Shown in pieces: positions 9,980-19,429 of a DNA stretch of 64,000 nt. Source of the stretch: an uncultured Solirubrobacterales bacterium (GTDB lineage Bacteria; Actinomycetota; Thermoleophilia; Solirubrobacterales; 70-9). Every line of letters starts with the position of its first letter. The first letter of the stretch is position 1. The notes beneath the pieces are model-generated. The model did no database searches, had not been told where the DNA came from, and saw nothing but the letters and a program-made list of their open reading frames with translations. The position numbers were made by a program, and so were the translations under genes. The DNA is taken from NCBI GenBank assembly GCA_963770155.1, contig CAVYOE010000001.1, forward strand, positions 74,165 to 138,164, written 5' to 3'.

Positions 9980-11828
9980 CAGCTTCCTCGAGGATCGCGC
10001 GGGCGACCGGGGCGGCGACCTCGCCGCCGTCCCCGGACGCGTTCGCAAGCAGGACAGCGACCACGAGCTTCGGGTTCTTGACCGGCGCATAGCCGGTGAA
10101 CCAGGCGTCGAGGATCTGCTCGGGTTCCGGCGGCTCCTCCCCAGGCCTCAGCGGACCGGGGTTCTGGACCTCGGGCGGCTGCTCGGAAGGCGGCTTTGGA
10201 CCGAGCTCGGCGGTCCCGGTCTTGCCGGCGACACTCCCTCGGCCGAGCGAGGCATTTACCCCGGTTCCGTACTCGACCACGTCCTCCATCAGGGCCCCCA
10301 TGATCCTGGCAATCTCGGGTGTGGTCACCTTGACCGGCTGCGGGTCGGGGGCGAGGTCAGGCTCGGCGACGATGCTGGTTGGGGAGCGCTGCCCTCCCGC
10401 GGCGATCGTCTGCGCAATCGAAGCCATCTCGAGTGGAGTCGCAAGGACCTTGCCCTGGCCGATCGCGGTGACCCCGACGTCGAGCTCGTCGCCGATCGTT
10501 GTCGGGATCTCCGACCGGGGCGGATCCATCATCTCGATGATCTCGTCGTTGTAGAGCGACGGTGGCTGGTTGAAACCAAAGCGCTCGGCCATCTCGACCA
10601 GGGCCTCTTCGCCAATCTCGGTTCCGAGCGGCGCAAAGACCGTGTTGCACGAGTTCGCAAAGGTCTCGGCGAAGCTGCCGCCACACGCCTCGTCGTGGGA
10701 GTTCTCGATCGCCCGGCCGCCGACGTTCACCGAGGTGACTACGTCGAAGCTGTCCTTGAGGGTGACCACCTTCTCCTCCAGCGCAGCGGTAGCGGTGACG
10801 ATCTTGAAGGTGGAGCCCGGGGGCGCGGGCTGAGAGTAGGCGGCGCCGGCGAGGGCACGGACCGACCCGTTCCGCGCATCGAGCACGGCGACGCCGCCGA
10901 ACTGGCCGGCGAGCGCCGCGACTGCCTCTTCCTGAAGCTCGGGGTCGATCGTCGTCTTCACCGGCTTTCCGGCCACTGCCTCGGCGGTGGCAAGCTCGCG
11001 ACCCGGCGTGCCCTCGGGCACGTCGCCACCGTCGCCCTGAGTTGCGAGCAGGGCGCCGCCCGGCTTGCCGGCCAGCTGGCTGTTGAAGGCCCGCTCGAGG
11101 CCGCTGATTCCGACCTCGGAGTCAGCCGGGTAGCCCAGCTCGAAAAACTGCGCCGCCTGCTCGGCGTCGGGCTCGCCGACCTCACCGGTGACGTCGAGGG
11201 CGGCGGTTCCGAGCGGCGAGCTGCGCTCGGCTCCCTGGCCCTGGGCCAAGGGGGTGCCGTCGTTGGCGAGCAGCGCGGCCCGCTCGGAGAGCTCGAGGCT
11301 GCGGCCGAGCTGCTCGCCGCTCTCCAGTCCCGGGAAAGTCAGATGGGGTTCCCAGGCGAGCTTCTCGTCCTCGTAGGGGAAGCGGAGCTCGCCCTCGACA
11401 ACGCCGAAGAGATTGGTGCGGACCGCGAGGTTGACCGTGACCGCGTCGCCCTCGGGCCCTTCGATGTCGCCGGGATTGATCGCGGATGCAGTTGCGGTTC
11501 GCTGCGCGCCGAGATAGGCGCTCTCGAACTCCTCCAGGGGGTACTGGGCGGCCGCCTCTTCGGTCAGCTCCGCATGCATGGCGGCGTAGTCCTGGTCCGC
11601 CCAGGCGCGCATGAAGCGGTCCGCCGAGTCCCCTTCCGGCGAACCGGCGGCGAGCACGGCTCCGCCGATGAACGAGACCAATGCCAGGGCGAGCAAGGGC
11701 AGGAGGCGGTTCCGCCTCCGCTTCGCCTGCTCGACCTCTCGCTTGGTGCGCAGAGGCCTGGCCCCGGGAGTATCGGGCTCGGGGGTGGAGCTGACCGCGT
11801 GTTCCACGCCAGAATTATCCCGCGCCAT
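9966..11828 (-). CDS. class B penicillin-binding protein (transpeptidase with NTF2-like MecA_N N-domain)
   Basis: SxxK in GSTFKIVTATAA, SxN in ANSCNT, KTG in GKTGTAE. N-terminal TM anchor LLPLLALALVSFIGGAVLAA. Confidence 0.9.
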   Translation of the reverse strand: MARDNSGVEHAVSSTPEPDTPGARPLRTKREVEQAKRRRNRLLPLLALALVSFIGGAVLAAGSPEGDSADRFMRAWADQDYAAMHAELTEEAAAQYPLEEFESAYLGAQRTATASAINPGDIEGPEGDAVTVNLAVRTNLFGVVEGELRFPYEDEKLAWEPHLTFPGLESGEQLGRSLELSERAALLANDGTPLAQGQGAERSSPLGTAALDVTGEVGEPDAEQAAQFFELGYPADSEVGISGLERAFNSQLAGKPGGALLATQGDGGDVPEGTPGRELATAEAVAGKPVKTTIDPELQEEAVAALAGQFGGVAVLDARNGSVRALAGAAYSQPAPPGSTFKIVTATAALEEKVVTLKDSFDVVTSVNVGGRAIENSHDEACGGSFAETFANSCNTVFAPLGTEIGEEALVEMAERFGFNQPPSLYNDEIIEMMDPPRSEIPTTIGDELDVGVTAIGQGKVLATPLEMASIAQTIAAGGQRSPTSIVAEPDLAPDPQPVKVTTPEIARIMGALMEDVVEYGTGVNASLGRGSVAGKTGTAELGPKPPSEQPPEVQNPGPLRPGEEPPEPEQILDAWFTGYAPVKNPKLVVAVLLANASGDGGEVAAPVARAILEEAVKKG

Positions 11829-11874
11829 ACCGGGGCACCTCCAGCCTCACTGCCATGGCTGGGAGTATTCCTGC

Positions 11875-13014
11875 GTGACCGCGCTCGATTGGGGCATCGT
11901 CGCCTTCGCCGTGCTGATGGCCTTCTGGGGCTATCAACAGGGTCTACTCGTGGGTGCCTTCAGCCTCGCCGGCTTCGTCGCCGGGGCGTACCTGGGCAGC
12001 CGGCTCGGGCCGGAGCTCCTGCCGGACGGCTCCGAGTCCCCCTATGCGCCGGCCATCGGCCTCGCTGGAGCGGTGCTGGTCGGCGGCATCCTCGCGGTCA
12101 CCGGCGAAGGGGCCGGCTTCGCGCTGCGTTCCCGCCTCGTGCGCGGCCCGCTCTCCGATGCGATCGACGGATCGGGAGGTGCCACCCTGGTCGCGGCATT
12201 GGGGCTACTCTTAGCGTGGATTGTCGGGGTGGTGGCGCTCAATGTTCCGAGCTCGCCCGAGCTCCGGAAGGCCGTGCAGCGCTCGCTCATCCTCAGCAGC
12301 CTGAACGAGGTGCTGCCGCCGTCGAGCGTTCTCAACACCCTGAACCGGATCGATCCCGGGTTCGAGATCGAGGGTCCCGGCGCCAAGGTCGGGCCGCCGG
12401 ATTCGCGTCTTGCCCGGGATCCGGAGGTGAAGGCTGCGGGGGATAGCGTCGTCCGGGTGCTCGGGACTGCGTGCGGTCTCGGGGTCGAAGGCTCCGGCTG
12501 GGTCGCCGCCCCCGGACTGGTCGCCACCAACGCCCATGTAGTTGCCGGTCAGGATGACACCACGGTGACCGGCAGCGACGACGTGCGCCGCGACGCGACC
12601 GCGGTTGCCTATGACTCGACCAATGACGTCGCCGTGCTGCGGGTCTCGGGTTCGACCGGGCGGCCGCTCGGGTTTGGGCCGCCGGCGCCGGGGACCGCGG
12701 GGGCGACACTGGGTTACCCGGAGAACGGACCGTTCGAGATCTCGCCCGCCCGGGTGGGGGCCACTACGACTGTCACCACCACGGACTCCTACGGGCACGG
12801 GCCCGTGCGGCGGCCCCTGACTTCGCTGCGAGGATCGATTCGCAGCGGCAATTCCGGCGGACCGGTGGTCGACGGTGCCGGCAAGGTCTTGACCACCGTG
12901 TTCGCGGCGACAACGAGCGGTCCGCGCGGCGGCTTCGGGGTGCCCAACGAGATCGTCCGGCGGGCCCTGCAGAGCGGCTCGGGCGAGGTCGACACCGGGC
13001 CGTGTGCACGGTGA
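11875..13014 (+). CDS. MarP-like membrane serine protease (CvpA domain plus trypsin-like domain)
   Basis: In-frame GTG 11875 within ORF 11611..13014. CvpA-like N-terminus ALDWGIVAFAVLMAFWGYQQGLL. Protease motifs TNAHVVAG, TNDVAVLRV, GNSGGPVVD. Confidence 0.75.
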   Translation: MTALDWGIVAFAVLMAFWGYQQGLLVGAFSLAGFVAGAYLGSRLGPELLPDGSESPYAPAIGLAGAVLVGGILAVTGEGAGFALRSRLVRGPLSDAIDGSGGATLVAALGLLLAWIVGVVALNVPSSPELRKAVQRSLILSSLNEVLPPSSVLNTLNRIDPGFEIEGPGAKVGPPDSRLARDPEVKAAGDSVVRVLGTACGLGVEGSGWVAAPGLVATNAHVVAGQDDTTVTGSDDVRRDATAVAYDSTNDVAVLRVSGSTGRPLGFGPPAPGTAGATLGYPENGPFEISPARVGATTTVTTTDSYGHGPVRRPLTSLRGSIRSGNSGGPVVDGAGKVLTTVFAATTSGPRGGFGVPNEIVRRALQSGSGEVDTGPCAR

Positions 13015-13076
13015 TGCCCCTGTGCGCGCTGATCGGCGGAGCCCGACACTTACGCTTGGTAAGCTGGTCTCCAGGT

Positions 13077-13457
13077 ATGCCCTCCCCAGGTACTCAGGGA
13101 GCCCCGCAGGTTGGCGCGGGGCGAGACCCCTCCGCGAGCGACCTATCCGGCCGCGTTTGTCCGCACTACCACGCGGCGGTCGAGCTGATCGGCCGTCGAT
13201 GGTCGGGCGCGATCCTCTGCGCGCTCACCGACGGGCCGCTGCGCTTTGCCGAGATCGCCGGGGCCGTGCCCGGGATGTCGGACCGCCTCCTCTCCCAGCG
13301 ATTGAAGGAGCTCGAGCACGAGGGGATGGTGGAGCGGACCGTCGAGGACGGGACGCCCGTGCGGGTCAGCTACTCGCTGACGCGCAAGGGCGCCGCGTTG
13401 GAGCCGGTGATCCGCGAGCTGCGCAGTTGGGCGCGGCACTGGCACAGCACTGCCTAG
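13077..13457 (+). CDS. HxlR family transcriptional regulator
   Basis: CPHYHAAVELIGRRWSGAILCAL..GPLRFAEIAGAVPGMSDRLLSQRLKELEHEGMVER. ATG 13077 chosen. Confidence 0.8.
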   Translation: MPSPGTQGAPQVGAGRDPSASDLSGRVCPHYHAAVELIGRRWSGAILCALTDGPLRFAEIAGAVPGMSDRLLSQRLKELEHEGMVERTVEDGTPVRVSYSLTRKGAALEPVIRELRSWARHWHSTA

Positions 13458-13867
13458 ACGGCCTCCGGCGTTCGACGCCGCGCCAGCATCGACCAGACTG
13501 CGACCCCCAGCACGGTGAAGCCGGCGGCGGCATCGATCAACACCGAGACGAGGCCGCGGGTGGTCAGCTCGTCCGGGGAGCCCGCCGTGAAGTGGCCGAG
13601 GCTGACCAGCCCCAGGTAGGAGAAAGCGACCAGGAGCCAGTTGGCGAGCGGGAACTTGCCGTCCCGGTAGGCGCGATAGCCCCAGATCCCGACCAATGCC
13701 ATCGCCGGCCAGAAGACCAGGGCAGCGATCTGGATCGCGCTTCCCTCTAGCCAGTCCTGCCGGGGATAGGTGTCGACGTTGACGATGTTGTCGGTGAAAT
13801 GGAACGCGGTGAGCACGATCGTCGCCGCCACCACGATTCCGACTGTCCTGGCTGAGGGGGGTTGCAT
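13454..13867 (-). CDS. hypothetical 4-TM membrane protein
   Basis: Only the last 137 codons of ORF 13454..14872 look coding (hydrophobic helices). ATG 13867. Confidence 0.5.
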   Translation of the reverse strand: MQPPSARTVGIVVAATIVLTAFHFTDNIVNVDTYPRQDWLEGSAIQIAALVFWPAMALVGIWGYRAYRDGKFPLANWLLVAFSYLGLVSLGHFTAGSPDELTTRGLVSVLIDAAAGFTVLGVAVWSMLARRRTPEAV

Positions 13868-13978
13868 CGCGCCTCCTTGGCTATTCGGGCCGATCTTTAG
13901 GTTAAGAAAGAACGAGATCTTGCAGGCCCGTGGCCGCGGCCGCGAAACCTTCCGGGTCGGCCCTTGTTTGAGCAAACG

Positions 13979-15163
13979 ATGACACTTCGCAGGCTGACCC
14001 TCTGCCTGTGCCTGGCGCTCAGCTGCGCCGTGGCGGCGCCCGCCGCGGCGGTCGCGGCACCCGGTGGGCCAAAGGCGCGCACGGCCGCCGCTCCAGGCGG
14101 CAATGGAATGTGGATCTGGTACGTGAGCCGCTCGCACGGCGGCAGCATCGACGCGATCGCCCGCCGGGCCCAGCTCAGTGGCATCTCGACCGTCTTCATC
14201 AAGAGCGGCGACTCCGGCCGCTACTGGAGCCAGTTCAACCGGCCGCTGGTCGACGCGCTCCACGCGCGTGGGATCCAGGTCTGCGGCTGGCAGTTCGTCT
14301 ACGGGGACCTGCCGTATGCGGAGGCGAGCGTCGGCGCGGCTGCGGTCGCCAACGGCGCCGACTGCCTGATCATCGATGCCGAGGGCCATTACGAGGGCAA
14401 GTACGCCCAGGCCGATCAGTACATGCGGACCCTGCGCGCGGCCGTCGGCCCCGACTATCCGCTCGGTCTGGCCGCCTTCCCGTATGTGCACTACCACCCG
14501 AGCTTTCCCTATTCGGTCTTCCTCGGCCCCGGCATGGCCCAGTACAACCTCCCGCAGATGTACTGGAAGACGATCGGGACCTCGGTCCGCAACGTGTTCA
14601 GCACGACCTACACCTACAACCGGGCCTACAACCGCGCGATCATGCCGCTCGGTCAGACCTACCTCGACCCGAAGAAGAAGCAGCTGCGCAAGTTCCGCCG
14701 CTTCGCGATGGCGCTGGGGGCGCAGGGCGTGAGCTGGTGGAGCTGGCAGGAGACCAACCGGCGCGAGTGGAAGGTCCTGCGCCGGCGGGTGCGGCCGGCC
14801 CGCAGGCCCACCTTGTCTTGGCCGACTTTGCGCGTCGGCTCCCGCGGCGACCTCGTGATCTGGGCCCAGCAACTGATCGCCGGGTCGGGAGTGAGCTCCG
14901 ACGCCCCGGTCGGCGGGCTCTATGGCTCGCGGACCGCCGCCAACGTCAGCGCCTTCCAGGCCAGTCGCGGCTTGCCGCAGACAGGTGCGGTCGATGCTGC
15001 TACGTGGCCCGAGTTGCTCAAGGTGACGCCGATCTACGTCCCGTGGGGCGATCCCGCCTACGCCTCATCGCGCAGCTCTGCGCCCGCCTCGGCCGAGGCG
15101 CAGAGTCGCTACGAGCTGCCGTTCACCAGGTTCGGGGATTCCCTGGCGGGATCCGGTCCTTGA
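13979..15163 (+). CDS. secreted glycoside-hydrolase-like TIM-barrel protein with C-terminal peptidoglycan-binding domain
   Basis: Signal peptide LTLCLCLALSCAVAAPAAA. PG_binding_1-like GDLVIWAQQLI...VSAFQASRGLPQTGAVDAATWPELL. Confidence 0.7.
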   Translation: MTLRRLTLCLCLALSCAVAAPAAAVAAPGGPKARTAAAPGGNGMWIWYVSRSHGGSIDAIARRAQLSGISTVFIKSGDSGRYWSQFNRPLVDALHARGIQVCGWQFVYGDLPYAEASVGAAAVANGADCLIIDAEGHYEGKYAQADQYMRTLRAAVGPDYPLGLAAFPYVHYHPSFPYSVFLGPGMAQYNLPQMYWKTIGTSVRNVFSTTYTYNRAYNRAIMPLGQTYLDPKKKQLRKFRRFAMALGAQGVSWWSWQETNRREWKVLRRRVRPARRPTLSWPTLRVGSRGDLVIWAQQLIAGSGVSSDAPVGGLYGSRTAANVSAFQASRGLPQTGAVDAATWPELLKVTPIYVPWGDPAYASSRSSAPASAEAQSRYELPFTRFGDSLAGSGP

Positions 15164-15716
15164 CCAGGTTGGCGCGCACCGCCTCGACCGGCACCTCACC
15201 GGTCGTCTCGCGGTAGCGCTCGAGCTCTCCGGCCCCGAGGCCGGAGAAGGCGGTCTCGACCGCCTGCAAGTAGGTGGCAAGGACGACGGCGCCGACGGGC
15301 GGCTCAGGCGCGAAGTTCTCCGCCTTGGCGACATAGGTGAAGACCGGCGGCGCACCGGCTGACCCGGCGCCGCCGCCCACCGGCACGACCTGATCCGTCA
15401 CGTCGATCCGGTCGTAGCGCATCTCGCGCAGGTCGAGGCGGTACAGATCGCTCGTCTCGAGCTCGAATACGGCGCCGTTGACCGGACCGGCGGCATCCTC
15501 GCCCCGCTCGAGGTTGAGACCCAATATGTAGGGAGGGAGGCTGCCGTCGGCGAGCGCGAAGGTCTTCTCGGCTCGCCGGTTGTCGCGGGCCTGCGACCAG
15601 CGGCGCTTCCAACCCTTCAGGTCGGCGCGACCGAGCGTGCCTGGCGAGCGCCCCAGTGTCTGCTCGACGCTCGCGCGGGAGACGAGCGAGCCGTAGCCGA
15701 AGACCGACGGGCTCAC
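15123..15716 (-). CDS. gamma-glutamylcyclotransferase-like (GGCT/AIG2/ChaC fold) protein
   Basis: N-terminal VFGYGSLV motif. GTG start overlaps the addA stop (GTGA, 15713-15716). Confidence 0.55.
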   Translation of the reverse strand: MSPSVFGYGSLVSRASVEQTLGRSPGTLGRADLKGWKRRWSQARDNRRAEKTFALADGSLPPYILGLNLERGEDAAGPVNGAVFELETSDLYRLDLREMRYDRIDVTDQVVPVGGGAGSAGAPPVFTYVAKAENFAPEPPVGAVVLATYLQAVETAFSGLGAGELERYRETTGEVPVEAVRANLVKDRIPPGNPRTW

Positions 15717-18700
15717 GCCAGCGCCTCCGCCTCCTCCCGCAGGGTGAGCTCTGGGCCGTAACTGCAGAGCCGCTCGCGCGCCGGGCAGTCGTGGCAGAGA
15801 GCCTTATGGGGAGAAGCGGTGACCACGAACCGCCCGTCGGCGATCCCGGCGAGCAGGCGCTCGATCTCCGCCTGCGCCTCGGCGAGCTCCTCCGGGCCGA
15901 AGGTTTCCTCGACGGGCTCGTCGGGCCGCTCGAGGAAGACGTAGGCCGAGCGGATCGTCACCGGGCCGCCGCCGTTTCTGGCGCGGGCGGCGGCCAGCGC
16001 ATAGATGGCACGCTGGACCCGATAGCGGCCGATCTGGTCGCCGGGGCTGCCGCCACGGAGCGCATCGGTCTTGTAGTCGAGGACCAGGGGAGGCTCGCCG
16101 TCCGCTTCGGCGAGCAAGTCGATCGAGCCGCGGATCAGGGTTTCGCCGAAGGGGAGAACGAAAGCGGTCTCGGGATGCACGGAGGCCCCAGCGCTACGAA
16201 GCGACTCGCATAGCGGCGAGCCGAGCCAGCCCTCGAGCATCGCGGTGGCCCGGTCCAGCTCGCTGTCGGTGGCCGCGAGTCCCTCTGCTTGCAGTGCGGC
16301 GGCACAGCCGTTGCGATCCGGGAGCTCCCAGCCGCCGCGGGCGCTTTGCTCGAGCAAGGTGTGGATCGCATTCCCGAACCCGAATCGCTCTGCCCTGGTT
16401 GCCGGTTCTCCCGGCGGAGGCAGCTCGCCGGTCTCGCGTTCCCGCTCGCCCTCGTCATCGCCCCGCTCTGGATCCGGGCGCGGCTCCGGCTGCTCGACCC
16501 CGAGCACGCGCTCGACGTAGAAGCGGTAGCCGCAGCGTTCGTAGGCCGAGATCGCCGAGTACGAGAGCCGCGCGCTCGCCAGAACGCCGGGGGGAACCGC
16601 CGGAAGCAACGGCGGCGAGGATGGTTCGATCGGGGCGTCGTCCTCGGGGGCGGAGGCGCGCTGCTCGAGCCGGGCCCCGGCGCCCGCGTCGGGCAAGCTC
16701 ACGGTTACCGCGATCTCGCTGGGTCCGGCAACTGCCTCGAGGCCCGGACGCGGCTGCGGTGGGTCGACCTGGACCTTCGCTTCACCCGACTCGCCGGCGC
16801 CCAGGAGGTCGCCGAGCCCCCCGCTCTCGCGCCAGGCGGCGACGAGTCGGTCGGTCACCGGGGTCCCAGGCTTGATCTCGGCATCGGCCTTTCGGTTCGG
16901 GTTGAAAACACCGCTGAGCAGCAGCCGCCTGCGGGCGCGCGTCGCAGCGACGTAGGCCAGGCGCAGCGCCTCCTCGGACTCCTCGCGCTCGGCCAGCTCG
17001 CCCAGCGGGTCGTACTCGTAGATCTTTTCGGCCTGGTTCCCGAGGCGCGCGAGCTGGAGTCCGACCCTGAGTGGGGCGGGCCCCTCGTCTGTGTCCTCGT
17101 CGCCCACGGCGTCGGCCGATCCCGCCGGCTCCGGCTCGGAGGCAGCAGCACCGATCCGGATGTTCGGCCGGTAGCCGCCGGCGAGCAGGCCGCGGCCCAG
17201 ATCGGCCACTGCGACCACGTCGTACTCGAGTCCCTTGGCGTTGTGGACGGTGAGAATCCGGACCCCGTCGTGCTCCTCCGCTGCGGTTGCCGCCTCGGCC
17301 TCGCGCTCGCGGCTGGTCTCTGCCTCGGCGTAGGCGAGGAAACCGGCCAGGTCCGGGCCCTCGTTGCGCTCGAACTCGCGCGCCAGGCGCATCAGCTTGC
17401 GGACGTTCGCCCAGCGCGCCGCCCCGCGGTCCCGCATCAGAGTCGCCAGGTCATAGCCCGAATCCTCGCAGCAGCGCTCGATCAGGCCCTCGAGCCCGAG
17501 CAGCGCGGGCTGGTCCCGGAGTGCCTCGATCCTTTCCCGGAAGCGCCGGAGGCGCTCCACGTCGACATCGGGGATCGCAGCGGTCCACCGGGCCTTCTCC
17601 TCATCCTCCTCCTCGTCTTCCTCAGCCTCGGAGGTGACATCGCTGAGCGCGTACCAGAGGCGTCCACCACCGGCGATCCGGCGCAGCAGCCAGAGGGTGT
17701 CCGGGAGAACCGCACAGGCGGGCGAGGCCAGGGCGCCGAGCAGAGCCTGGTCGTCGAGCGGATTCGAGATCACGGCGAGGATCGCGATCACGTCCTCCAC
17801 CTGTTGCTGCGACCAGTAGCCGCGACCGCCGACGACATAGGGGGAGAGGCCGGCGCCATCAAGAGCTTGCTCGAAGGCGGCAACGTGGGTGAACGCACGC
17901 AGCAGAACGACGATGTCGGAGGCCCTGGTCTCGCTTGTATCGCAGAGGTTCTTGAGCCGGGCGGCGAGCAGCCGCGCCTCCGCTACCCGGGAGTGAGGCG
18001 ACGGCTCGTCATCGGAGGTGCGCAGCTCTACCTCATCCGCCTCCCAGCCCCGCTCGGCGGTGAGCAGCAGCTCGACCGCGGGCTCAGCCTCAGATTCCGT
18101 CTGACCCGGCCCGGTCTTGATCTGCTCCTCCGAGCCGATCGCCAGCGGCAGGAAGCCATCGAGAAGCGCGTTCCCGAGCGCGTTGACGGCGCCGAGCACC
18201 GGAGTGTCCGAGCGAAAGTTGCCCGTCAGGGTCAGCGAGCGGCCGCGGTCGTCGGGAAGCGTCTCGAAGCGCCGGCGCTCGGCACGGAACACCTCGAGGT
18301 CCGCGTGGCGGAAGCCGTAGATCGACTGGAATTCGTCCCCGACGCAAAAGAGGCGACTCTCCGGGCCCTGGAGCTGCCGCAGCAGAGCTAGCTGGACAGC
18401 GTTGGTGTCCTGGAACTCGTCGACCATGATCTGCTTGAAGCGGCCGCGATAGATGTCCCTGATCGCCGTGCTCTGCACGAGCAGCGCCACCGTGCGCAGC
18501 TGCAGGTCTTCGAAGTCGAGTCCCGAGCGCTCGCGCTTGAGGTCCGCATAGTGCCGGCCGAAGCTGGAGACCAGTTCTCGAAGGGAGCCGTAGGCCCAGC
18601 CGAGCTCGATTTCGGCAAGCGCCCGCCGAGCGGCTTGCTGCGCGTCGCGATAGCGCGCGGCGCACTCGCCCTGAAAAGCCTGGGCGTTGGTCTTGAGCTC

Positions 18701-19429
18701 GAGCGGCGCCACCTCCTCGATGCTGGGAAGCGCCCCGCCGCCGTCGCCGCCAGCTCCGGCCGCCGCGGCAAGCTCGCGAGCCCGCTCGAGCTGCGCAAGC
18801 AGCGGCTCCGAGCCCTTCTTGGCATCCGCGGCGCACTCCGCCAGCGCCGCCTCGGCGGCGCGGCCCAGGTCCGCAACGGCGGTAGCGGGGTCTCCCGGCT
18901 CGAGCTCGGGCAGCTCCGGCTCGGCCTCGCCCCGGCTGCGGAGCTCGTCGTGGGCGGTCTGGACGATCGAGCGCAGACCGCGATCGCGCACCGCCGCGAG
19001 CAGCTCCGCTGTCACCTCGCCGTTCTCGGCGGTGAGCGATTCGTCAATCGAACGCTCGAAGGCGCGGGCTGCCAGCCGCTCCGCCTCCGGCGCCTCGAGC
19101 ACCCGAAAGCGCGGGTCGAGCCCGGCGGCGGCCGGGTGTGCCGCGAGCAGCCGCCTGCAAAACCCGTGGATCGTTCCGATCCATGCGGCGTCGGCAGCGG
19201 TCCCGAGCCTCCGGCGGATCCGCGCGCGCAGCTCCTCGGCGGCGCGCTCGGTGAAGGTGAAGGCGAGCACTTCCTCGATCCCGAGACCGTCCTCGACCAC
19301 CGAGGCGCAGAACCGGTCGACGAGCACGCTCGTCTTGCCCGTGCCCGCTCCCGCCTGGAGGAAGACGTCGACCTCCCGCGCAGCGACGGCGGCGGCCTGC
19401 TCTGGCGTCGGTTCGCGCTGGCCGCTCAT
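15713..19429 (-). CDS. addA: ATP-dependent helicase-nuclease subunit A (UvrD/Rep helicase plus PD-(D/E)XK nuclease)
   Basis: Walker A AGAGTGKT, VDEFQDTN, UvrD-type motifs. C-terminal nuclease IDLLAE...LVLDYKTD. Cysteines C...CxxCx5C at the C-terminus. 1238 aa. Confidence 0.85.
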   Translation of the reverse strand: MSGQREPTPEQAAAVAAREVDVFLQAGAGTGKTSVLVDRFCASVVEDGLGIEEVLAFTFTERAAEELRARIRRRLGTAADAAWIGTIHGFCRRLLAAHPAAAGLDPRFRVLEAPEAERLAARAFERSIDESLTAENGEVTAELLAAVRDRGLRSIVQTAHDELRSRGEAEPELPELEPGDPATAVADLGRAAEAALAECAADAKKGSEPLLAQLERARELAAAAGAGGDGGGALPSIEEVAPLELKTNAQAFQGECAARYRDAQQAARRALAEIELGWAYGSLRELVSSFGRHYADLKRERSGLDFEDLQLRTVALLVQSTAIRDIYRGRFKQIMVDEFQDTNAVQLALLRQLQGPESRLFCVGDEFQSIYGFRHADLEVFRAERRRFETLPDDRGRSLTLTGNFRSDTPVLGAVNALGNALLDGFLPLAIGSEEQIKTGPGQTESEAEPAVELLLTAERGWEADEVELRTSDDEPSPHSRVAEARLLAARLKNLCDTSETRASDIVVLLRAFTHVAAFEQALDGAGLSPYVVGGRGYWSQQQVEDVIAILAVISNPLDDQALLGALASPACAVLPDTLWLLRRIAGGGRLWYALSDVTSEAEEDEEEDEEKARWTAAIPDVDVERLRRFRERIEALRDQPALLGLEGLIERCCEDSGYDLATLMRDRGAARWANVRKLMRLAREFERNEGPDLAGFLAYAEAETSREREAEAATAAEEHDGVRILTVHNAKGLEYDVVAVADLGRGLLAGGYRPNIRIGAAASEPEPAGSADAVGDEDTDEGPAPLRVGLQLARLGNQAEKIYEYDPLGELAEREESEEALRLAYVAATRARRRLLLSGVFNPNRKADAEIKPGTPVTDRLVAAWRESGGLGDLLGAGESGEAKVQVDPPQPRPGLEAVAGPSEIAVTVSLPDAGAGARLEQRASAPEDDAPIEPSSPPLLPAVPPGVLASARLSYSAISAYERCGYRFYVERVLGVEQPEPRPDPERGDDEGERERETGELPPPGEPATRAERFGFGNAIHTLLEQSARGGWELPDRNGCAAALQAEGLAATDSELDRATAMLEGWLGSPLCESLRSAGASVHPETAFVLPFGETLIRGSIDLLAEADGEPPLVLDYKTDALRGGSPGDQIGRYRVQRAIYALAAARARNGGGPVTIRSAYVFLERPDEPVEETFGPEELAEAQAEIERLLAGIADGRFVVTASPHKALCHDCPARERLCSYGPELTLREEAEALA

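Noticed and set aside
9954-12446. 830-aa plus-strand ORF spanning the PBP gene and the start of the MarP-like gene
   Set aside because: It is antisense to a PBP with SxxK/SxN/KTG motifs, and its composition is low-complexity (G/R/L/D). It is a shadow ORF.
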